DNA of 20,432 nt from an uncultured Cytophagia bacterium (GTDB lineage Bacteria > Zhuqueibacterota > Zhuqueibacteria > Zhuqueibacterales > Zhuqueibacteraceae), in the NCBI GenBank assembly GCA_964457925.1, contig CAYWGH010000024.1, positions 61,192 to 81,623 of the forward strand, read 5' to 3'. The notes below the pieces were generated by a model. That model saw nothing but the letters and a program-made list of their open reading frames with translations, made no database searches and was not told where the DNA came from. Both the position numbers and the translations under genes were made by a program. Shown here one piece after another: positions 15,201-20,432 of this stretch; positions within the stretch are counted from its first letter, which is position 1, and every line of letters begins with the position of its first letter.

Positions 15201-17016
15201 CGGCGATGTAATAATAACCGCCCCTGCTGGTTTTAAATTTAAAGAACGCCTCGCCCTGCGCATTCGTCGTCACCTCCTGCGCCGCGGTTTTGCCCATTTG
15301 CCGCCAGCCCTTATCCGCAAACCAATTCTGCTCGAACGCCTCCATTTTTACCGTGGCAGAAACCGGTTGGTTTTTGAAATCCATGGTCTTGACCGTAACC
15401 GTCACGTCTTCACCGGGCGCATAAACATATTTGTCCGTGTATGTCGAAATCATGAACAACCCGCGCGTGACCACGACCTGCTTCGAGCCGATGATTTGCC
15501 GGCGGCTGGCATCCACGACACGCGCTTCGATGCGGTAATAAAAATCTTGTTCCGCCGTCGGCGCTTGATAAGTCAGCGTGAATTCCCCGTTTTCATCAAG
15601 ATACCCGGACTCGCTTTGCAACAGCTCGGCGCGATAGCTATAGCCTTCGCCATTATCTTCATCTTCATAATACCAGGCGTATTCCGTGCCGTACCACCAC
15701 GGCCGCCAAAATCGCCCGCGGAAGATGTAATAATCGACTTGGGCATTTGCCACCGGGCTGCCAAAATAGTAATCTGCTTTGATCTTCGCGGTAATCAAAT
15801 CACCGTTGGCGTACTGATCCTTGTCGCAGGTCACCTCGACTTTGTACTCCGGCTTTTTATATTCTTCAACTTTAAACGAGGCATAATGCGTGATGCCGTC
15901 AGGAATCGTGGTGGTAAGCTGATAACTTCCCAGTGGCGGCTCCTCTGCCAATGCCAACTCCCCACTCACCGAGCCGTTATCATTCGTTTTCAGCGTCTGG
16001 CGGTAAACATCATTGCCGCGCGCATCCGTGACTTTGATTTCGACCTCGCTGTTACTATAAACTTGATAACCAGCTTCCGTTAATTGCCGCACAATACTCT
16101 TGAAGTAAACCGTCTGGCCGGGGCGATAAATCGGGCGATCGGTATAGGCGTGCACGACATATTGCCGGCTGTCGCCGGAAAAATAGTAGTAAGGATCCGA
16201 CAGCACGAAATCGCTGCCCTTTTGGCCGAGAATAAGTCGGGCTGAACCGAATTCGTCTTCATCACTTTCGCTCAATCGCTTGGGCCCGAATTGCGCCAGG
16301 CCGTTTTTGTCCGTCACCACGGTTGCCTGTTCTTTGCGTTGCTGAATCAAGCGAAGATTGACTTCGGGAACCGGCTCACCCGTCATTTTATTGCAAACAA
16401 AAACCATCGTGCCTTGCGGCGAGCTTTTGGTGATCATGCCCAAGGGCGAAATAACCACCGCCGTATGCGCCATCAACTTGTCGTTGAATGCTTCAATGAG
16501 ATATACGCCGGTTTCGCGCAAATCGACTTCGATATCGCGATAGGTATACTCTTCCGTGCTGCCAAATTCCGTGATCTCCCAGGTTTTGAGCAGCGGATAG
16601 TTTTTGAGCGGCGAGAGCAGGCGGCTCGCGCGTGTGGCCACGGAGAACGCCGGAATGCCGAGCGTGTTCTTCACGTCGGTGCGCGTTTGCGGCGTCATGT
16701 TGTCGCGGAACACCTGGCGCTGATCGCGCTGCAAGCGATTTCTTGCGGCGCGCAGAATATCGACCGCATTCGATTCACGGAGGTTGAGCAATTGCTGCGG
16801 ACTGTGCGGATCCGACTGCCGCTGAAAAAAGGTGATTGGATCTTCGATTTTGTAGGCGCGAAAGAAAATCGATCCTTTGATGCTCTCCGCCGAAAGATTG
16901 ATCACGACTTTCTCGCCGGGTGAATAAATTTTGGGCGTTTCGAGACTGAAGTATTGCGCCTGCGCCAAGGGCGTTAGGCATAAAATCAGCGCGCTCGCTA
17001 GCAACTTGCCTTTCAT
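12298..17016 (-). CDS. Bacterial alpha-2-macroglobulin family protein with an intact thioester motif
   Basis: 1572-aa ORF with GAGGTGG (17027-17021) 4 nt upstream of ATG 17016. Sec signal MKGKLLASALILCLTPLAQAQ. Thioester block LAGYPYGCVEQTMSRFLPT, with CVEQ at residues 1064-1067 (nt 13827-13816). The following TED-like segment is YGYQHNDGGWGWW. The length and the many MG-like beta modules are consistent with ECAM/YfaS/MagD-type proteins. Confidence 0.9.
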   Translation of the reverse strand: MKGKLLASALILCLTPLAQAQYFSLETPKIYSPGEKVVINLSAESIKGSIFFRAYKIEDPITFFQRQSDPHSPQQLLNLRESNAVDILRAARNRLQRDQRQVFRDNMTPQTRTDVKNTLGIPAFSVATRASRLLSPLKNYPLLKTWEITEFGSTEEYTYRDIEVDLRETGVYLIEAFNDKLMAHTAVVISPLGMITKSSPQGTMVFVCNKMTGEPVPEVNLRLIQQRKEQATVVTDKNGLAQFGPKRLSESDEDEFGSARLILGQKGSDFVLSDPYYYFSGDSRQYVVHAYTDRPIYRPGQTVYFKSIVRQLTEAGYQVYSNSEVEIKVTDARGNDVYRQTLKTNDNGSVSGELALAEEPPLGSYQLTTTIPDGITHYASFKVEEYKKPEYKVEVTCDKDQYANGDLITAKIKADYYFGSPVANAQVDYYIFRGRFWRPWWYGTEYAWYYEDEDNGEGYSYRAELLQSESGYLDENGEFTLTYQAPTAEQDFYYRIEARVVDASRRQIIGSKQVVVTRGLFMISTYTDKYVYAPGEDVTVTVKTMDFKNQPVSATVKMEAFEQNWFADKGWRQMGKTAAQEVTTNAQGEAFFKFKTSRGGYYYIAANAIDSRGNNISTKEYCWVSERGGYSGYDAKGIEIIPDKPNYRAGETAHVLVISPVKNVWALVTAEASTILEHKIVHIEGASQVIDFKIDENYQPNFSVGVALLANEAFYNESKNVIVIPEEKFLSIDINLNEDIFQPQEEGELTIKVTNKKGEGVAAELSVGMVDESIYALAPDMTREIKRVFYSKRYNRVITHASVYFRFYGYARGLGSAMAARKAEGFSRSGFADVKADKFKEARVRKDFRDTMFWQAHVRTNSNGIAKLKVKFPDNLTTWRTTVRAISANTEVGEKIFKNLVRMDLIVRMEPPRFFTAGDEATVSTVVHNYLAQAKQVNVSLLGEGVSITPAVEKLIRVPENGEKRVDWIVRTDKTGTASLTAKALTNEVSDAMQLPVPILPHGLKTSEALAVDIEQQSAVRDHTITLPATANPATAELQVSVSPSLAASMLSALEDLAGYPYGCVEQTMSRFLPTAIVAYTAKTLNLNLKMQLMNELPKMMDKGLKALYGYQHNDGGWGWWKEDDTHPYMTAYVVYGLSLTKQAGHQIDDERLRRGANSLSRQLEQAKLVEQEIAGLGSRGDGGNYEWIDATTQAYMLYALQTAIKAGVQVDYKFDARFAELQKANINDYTRALLALVSHSQNKGEIANALATQLENNCIAAGTLCSWGGKTWHYNWQDDHVETTAFAVKSLVQVKSASPRINEGIRFLLTQKRGSAWRSTKDTAMIIFTLVDYLEKSKELEPDYNVKIYLNDKLVLDKQMTKADALAQEYAVRLNGSSLNPGQNHIRITKDGNGKFYSTFRMTYYNAGENLRASSTGFGVKREYYKLTHTPGGSGLQYAKNPFTGTLQSGEEVLVKLTVTSTADFEYFMLEDPLPAGVEVIKDESGYAIQGENAYYRRSNYRDRHMYANKEIRDEKVVFFATRISAGVHEFTYLYRAQIPGEYHVMPALASLMYYPEYQGNSAEARVKIVE

Positions 17017-17072
17017 ACTGCCACCTCAACGATTAGATTTGCCATGAATCCAAACAGCTTCTTTCGAAAAGT

Positions 17073-17954
17073 TTAATCAAGTATCTTCCAGCGATAAAAT
17101 CCCAAGAAGTATTGATTCTCCGGCGCGGGATGCCAGCGATCATCCGGATGCTGCAAGAGATCGAGTAGCCGAACTTTTTTGAGCACGCCAGGCTCTGCCT
17201 CGCGCGGGCCGGTGTGGTAAATGACGGCATCTTCGAGACTCGCAGGCTTGCGCGGGTCGCCGAGGAAAATCATCGAATGCTGCGGCATGTTCACATCGCC
17301 GGCATTGAGATAAAAAAGCAAATCACCCGGCTGCACGTTCTCCAGCGTTTTTCCGAGGAAACCCGTATTATAGCTTCTCATTTTTGCTGCCATTGCGGTG
17401 ACGGCAAACGTCGTATCGGCCAAATCCGTTTCACGGAACTGGCCGTCGCGCGTGCGAAAAATCTTGGTTTTGAGCAACGGCACTTTGGGATAATTATATT
17501 TCTGCACATCCGGAATCGCCGCGTCAAGCAGAAACGGCCTACTGCGCAGCCAATTGGTATCATGTTGCTTCAAAGCTTCACGATAAGCAAATCGAATCAA
17601 GCCCGCGCAATCGTGATCATCTTTGCGCCAGGCCGGATCTTCTTTATACAATTGCGATTCGGCGATCGAGACGAACCAGCGCCGAAAATTGCGGCGATCC
17701 TGCTCGTCGTGCAATTCTACCACATCCGGAAAACCGTCGGCATCGAGATCAATGAGGGAAGTGAGATCGTCATTCTTTGCCGTCGCTGCCGGCGCCGCGT
17801 TTGTCATGGGCGATTGGCTCTCCGGAAGGTCGGCGCAAGATTGCAAAACCATAACTGCAAACAACAATAAAAAATATGGATGCAACCGGAGCGTGTTACT
17901 TCGGGCCTTGAGTATACTGTCGCGTCGAAAATTGCGTCCCTCCCAGGCTGTCAT
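17073..17954 (-). CDS. DUF1175 / YfaT / MagC-like protein (NlpC/P60-like papain fold), probable lipoprotein
   Basis: RRNFRRWFVSIAESQLYKEDPAWRKDDHDCAGLIRFAYREALKQHDTNWL, PGDLLFY....QHSMIFLG...VIYHTGP and the C-terminal YFLGFYRWKIL fit my recollection of the YfaT family. Signal/lipobox HPYFLLLFAVMVLQSC. The start is ambiguous among ATG 17954 (inside the palindromic repeat), TTG 17885 (just before the signal peptide) and GTG 18095 (4-nt overlap with the upstream stop, the start used by the ORF track). Confidence 0.75.
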   Translation of the reverse strand: MTAWEGRNFRRDSILKARSNTLRLHPYFLLLFAVMVLQSCADLPESQSPMTNAAPAATAKNDDLTSLIDLDADGFPDVVELHDEQDRRNFRRWFVSIAESQLYKEDPAWRKDDHDCAGLIRFAYREALKQHDTNWLRSRPFLLDAAIPDVQKYNYPKVPLLKTKIFRTRDGQFRETDLADTTFAVTAMAAKMRSYNTGFLGKTLENVQPGDLLFYLNAGDVNMPQHSMIFLGDPRKPASLEDAVIYHTGPREAEPGVLKKVRLLDLLQHPDDRWHPAPENQYFLGFYRWKILD

Positions 17955-18020
17955 TCTGAAAGAATCTTGTGAGAAATCGGCACGGGCTTTATCCCTCACC
18001 GGATTCCCACGGAATGACAG
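17948..18020. repeat. REP/MITE-like imperfect palindromic element, copy 2
   Basis: ctgtcattctgaaagaatcttgtgagaaat ... accggattcccacggaatgacag. The terminal 9 nt (ctgtcattc / gaatgacag) are perfect reverse complements, and the arms continue to pair imperfectly for about 29 nt. The orientation and left arm match copy 1 at 1269. The element lies between the stop at 18092 and the DUF1175 signal peptide. Confidence 0.75.
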
Positions 18021-18091
18021 GAGGAAACAAGCAACGGTGCGTCGAATTTGAACGTGATAACTCATGGGACATGAGACGCATTGATAAACTC

Positions 18092-20248
18092 TCACTTCAT
18101 GCTCAACACCATCTCCCCATTTCCCTTTGCACTGAATTTCCCGGCGCCGGTTTGCGCCGTGGCCTTGAACAGCGCAAATAACGGATCAATGCGCAACCGC
18201 AAATCCGCCTCATCGAAGAGATGTGTTTGGCGATCATACGCCATGAGATAGCTGCGGTAATTTTCAAGAAAACCTTCGGCATTAAAGTATGCGACGGCAT
18301 TTTCCGGGGCGCTGAGCCGCGTCCGCAGCGCTTCGAAGCCGGGGTTTTGTGCAATGGCTTCCGCGCGCTGCTGGCCCGCATCGATTGCAGCACGCAGCGT
18401 GGCGCGATCAAATGCCGTCAGCAAATACCCATCCACAATGGCAAAATTCGGCTCAAAACTTGTCGGACTCTTGATGTAGTGAATGCGGCTGCCGTTGTAC
18501 TCTTCCACCTGCATTTCTTCCTTGGGCGAATAGAAATAAGTCATCAAACGCCTGGCATAGGCTTCCATGCCCGCAGGCTCAAGCAGACGCACGCCTGCCA
18601 ATTGCCGCCAGAAAAAACGCGGCCCGGTGGTGTCGATGCCGGCAAAGAAATAAAGCATCTGCCGGTCGAGCTTGCGCACCAAATCGCGCTCGAGATTCAA
18701 ATTGCTGCGTGTTTCAAATCCCTTGATGGCCTCGCGTTCGGCGCGCATGGTGGTGACGTATTGCCAAAATTTGGCGGGTTCAATCGCGGTGGTCGCATAA
18801 CAAAAAACAGCGTCGGCTGGAATAAAACGCAGGGTTTGAGCTTCGACCGGCGGTATTGTTGGCGCCGGCAACGAATCCGGCAAAGTCTCTTGTGGCGTGG
18901 CGACAGTTTCTCCCGTGATTTCTTGCAAGGCATTTGCAACCGTTCCGGCAAGAGTTGCCGCGCTGTGCCCGTTGCGGGTGATCTCAAAATATTTTTCGGG
19001 ATCGACATACGCCAACAAAAACGAAGCCGGCTCAACTTGCGGCAGTGATTGTTGCAATGCCCGTTGGTAAGCCAGACTGCTTTCGTTGGAGTCGAGATAT
19101 GAAGAAATCGCGCGGGCCAGCAACTGCTGGTTGTTGGAAACCACCAAGAACCCATCGACAACAGCATAGTGGAAAAGCGAACCCCGGCGCTGCGATGAAA
19201 TATCAAACAGCGTTTGCTTGCGATAAACCTGTTTTGTCACCGAGAGGTCGCCGCTCTCAAATTTGCCCAATGCGGCCAGCACATTCGTTACGGCCTTGGC
19301 TTTGAGATTCGCGGGGGTAACCAAAAGCAAACGATTCTCCTTTTGCATGGGATACGAGGCCACGCAAATCTCGTCGCCGAGAGGGTCAATGAAGTAATTA
19401 AAATTGCCGCCCAGCAAACCGAGTTGCTTGTCGAGTTGTTCCCACAAGGCAAATATTTGCTGATATGGCTCTGCGGCTTTGAAATCCTGCCAGGCTTGCA
19501 ACGTGACAAGCTGTTTGGCGAACGCGGAGTTTTGCAGCTTTTCCCAGTGCGTTTTGAAATTCGGCGCGAACAGACATATCTCGAATTCTGCCGGGACAAA
19601 CAAGGCCAACTTTTCGCGCCCATTCAGATTCCCCGGCGGCGCCTGGGCCGATTTCGGATAAGGCGTAAATTGCAGGTTAAACTCCGTTCCTGCATTTACC
19701 GAAACCACGCGGCCGTGCGCCGTCAGATACGCTGTATCGCGAAAGGGAATATACTCGGCGCGTTGCTGTGTCTGCAAGCTGGAATACAATTCGCGTAACG
19801 GCCCGGCCGCGGCCGGGGCGCGCAATTTCATCAACGCCAAAACCGCTTCTTCAACAACCCATGAGCTTTCATCTTTGAGTTTCGTTATAAGCTTTTGCTC
19901 GCGACTCGCCTGCGCCGTTTCAAAATCACCCAGCAAGCGCGTGGCCAGCAGGCGATTGGTGGTTTCTTCGTCATCGGCAAGTTTCAGCAGCGCGGCAAGT
20001 TTTTGATCGCTGGAGAGGGAATCATACGTCGTGCCGGTTTGCCGGCGCACCGCTTCGAAAAATTTTTCTTCGTCGGCTTTGGGTTTTTGCAGCTCTCGCA
20101 ACACGATTTGCGGCGCCATCACTTCCTGCATCATCGGTGTTTCGGCTTTCTCGCCGCCAGCTTGCCGCTTCTGCCAGAAAAAAACGCCGGCAGCAATTGC
20201 GACGACGAACAAGCCTGCCGCAAGCAGATAGTAATATTGTTTTTTCAT
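18092..20248 (-). CDS. Membrane-anchored hypothetical protein: N-terminal TM helix, short HEAT-like segment and a large uncharacterised periplasmic domain; possibly YfaA/DUF2138-like or DUF3352-like
   Basis: ORF of 718-723 aa. TM helix YYYLLAAGLFVVAIAAGVFFW. HEAT-like segment DEETTNRLLATRLLGDFE...LKDESSWVVEEAVLALMKLRAP. The remainder has no motif I can name. The family guess rests on gene order only, since the gene lies upstream of DUF1175 and A2M as yfaA does in the E. coli yfa cluster. I slightly prefer ATG 20248 (AAGGG 6 nt upstream) over ATG 20263. Confidence 0.6.
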   Translation of the reverse strand: MKKQYYYLLAAGLFVVAIAAGVFFWQKRQAGGEKAETPMMQEVMAPQIVLRELQKPKADEEKFFEAVRRQTGTTYDSLSSDQKLAALLKLADDEETTNRLLATRLLGDFETAQASREQKLITKLKDESSWVVEEAVLALMKLRAPAAAGPLRELYSSLQTQQRAEYIPFRDTAYLTAHGRVVSVNAGTEFNLQFTPYPKSAQAPPGNLNGREKLALFVPAEFEICLFAPNFKTHWEKLQNSAFAKQLVTLQAWQDFKAAEPYQQIFALWEQLDKQLGLLGGNFNYFIDPLGDEICVASYPMQKENRLLLVTPANLKAKAVTNVLAALGKFESGDLSVTKQVYRKQTLFDISSQRRGSLFHYAVVDGFLVVSNNQQLLARAISSYLDSNESSLAYQRALQQSLPQVEPASFLLAYVDPEKYFEITRNGHSAATLAGTVANALQEITGETVATPQETLPDSLPAPTIPPVEAQTLRFIPADAVFCYATTAIEPAKFWQYVTTMRAEREAIKGFETRSNLNLERDLVRKLDRQMLYFFAGIDTTGPRFFWRQLAGVRLLEPAGMEAYARRLMTYFYSPKEEMQVEEYNGSRIHYIKSPTSFEPNFAIVDGYLLTAFDRATLRAAIDAGQQRAEAIAQNPGFEALRTRLSAPENAVAYFNAEGFLENYRSYLMAYDRQTHLFDEADLRLRIDPLFALFKATAQTGAGKFSAKGNGEMVLSMK

Positions 20249-20275
20249 AAAAAGCCCTTGCATAAGTTTTGGTTG

Positions 20276-20432
20276 CTGCCTTCGACAGGCTCAGGCAGCG
20301 GCTATTCGTTGGCTGGGCCTGTCGAAGCCAACTTCCCTGCCCTCGACAAGCTGCCTTCGACAAGCTGCCTTCGACAAGCTGCCTTCGACAGGCTCAGGCA
20401 GCGGCTATTCGTTGGCTGGGCCTGTCGAAGCC
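20276..20432. repeat. Composite repeat: two identical 54-nt direct repeats, each an internal hairpin, separated by 14-nt tandem repeats; truncated by the window end
   Basis: ctgccttcgacaggctcaggcagcggctattcgttggctgggcctgtcgaagcc occurs at 20276-20329 and again at 20379-20432, identical by eye. Inside each copy, cttcgacagg and cctgtcgaag are reverse complements, giving a 10-bp stem. Between the copies, gctgccttcgacaa is repeated in tandem (20350-20363, 20364-20377, then running into copy 2). Confidence 0.85.

Noticed and set aside
12357-16923. Numerous antisense or alternative-frame ORFs inside the A2M gene (e.g. 15298..16083+, 16291..16923+, 13149..13496-)
   Set aside because: All are nested in a continuous 1572-aa frame with clear A2M features, and none has its own RBS or recognisable motif.
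16954-17016. Lipoprotein anchoring of the A2M, as in ECAM
   Set aside because: The only Cys in the signal region is in ALILC, with Leu at -1. Lipoboxes normally have Gly/Ala/Ser there. An AQA-Q signal peptidase I site follows.
17955-18095. N-terminal extension of the DUF1175 ORF back to GTG 18095 (MRVYQCVSCPMSYHVQIRR...)
   Set aside because: The extension runs through the palindromic repeat and would place about 87 residues before the lipobox Cys. The 4-nt GTGA overlap with the upstream stop is suggestive of coupling, so I keep it as an alternative, but the signal-peptide position argues for a downstream start.
17214-19798. Plus-strand ORFs 17214..17870, 17623..18051, 18221..19048 and 19214..19798
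   Set aside because: They are antisense to the DUF1175 and 723-aa genes. They are Arg-rich and have no motif support.
20022-20363. 113-aa minus-strand ORF (and 20031..20231+) at the right end
   Set aside because: It is translated partly from the tandem and hairpin repeats (…RQAQPTNSRCLSLSKAA…) and partly out of frame over the 5' end of the 723-aa gene. It is a repeat-derived pseudo-ORF.
20276-20432. Possible CRISPR array
   Set aside because: Only two long (54-nt) repeats are present. The 'spacer' between them is itself made of 14-nt tandem units derived from the repeat sequence. No cas genes and no leader are present. The structure is not CRISPR-like.
1-20432. Mobile-element, phage, toxin-antitoxin or classical defence-system genes (integrase, transposase, restriction-modification, Cas, etc.)
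   Set aside because: No ORF in any frame shows the corresponding motifs. The only repeat elements are short non-autonomous palindromes, and the region reads as chromosomal backbone plus envelope-related accessory cassettes.

Overview
The window is about 20.4 kb, and every gene I can support (13 CDS) lies on the minus strand with mostly short gaps. It looks like chromosomal sequence from a Gram-negative bacterium. The taxon is probably an FCB-superphylum or candidate-phylum type; this is inferred from a T9SS-type C-terminal sorting domain and two PorV/PorQ-like barrels. In transcription order (high to low coordinates) the window contains: (1) a three-gene alpha-2-macroglobulin (A2M) module, made of a membrane-anchored 723-aa unknown protein, a DUF1175/YfaT/MagC-like NlpC/P60-fold lipoprotein, and a 1572-aa A2M with an intact CVEQ thioester motif; (2) a class-3 (Rhizobium etli-type) asparaginase; (3) a HAD phosphatase; (4) a four-gene envelope cassette of PorV-like barrel, lipoprotein with three repeated modules, 7-Asp-box propeller with a T9SS sorting tail, and a second PorV-like barrel; (5) an S41 C-terminal processing protease; (6) a D-amino-acid/class IV aminotransferase; (7) an orphan lipoprotein; (8) a DsbD-like thiol:disulfide transporter that runs off the left edge and is absent from the supplied ORF track. 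Non-coding structure includes two copies of a roughly 72-nt imperfect palindromic REP/MITE-like element, a composite direct/tandem/inverted repeat at the right edge (probably why the contig ends there), a good bidirectional terminator, a good sigma70-like promoter, and an unexplained spacer of about 350 nt. I saw no rRNA, tRNA, CRISPR array, transposase or integrase. The best candidates for an undescribed system are the reduced Mag/YfaS-like A2M module with a thioester and the PorV-bracketed cargo cassette. All family assignments come from motif recognition by eye, not from searches.
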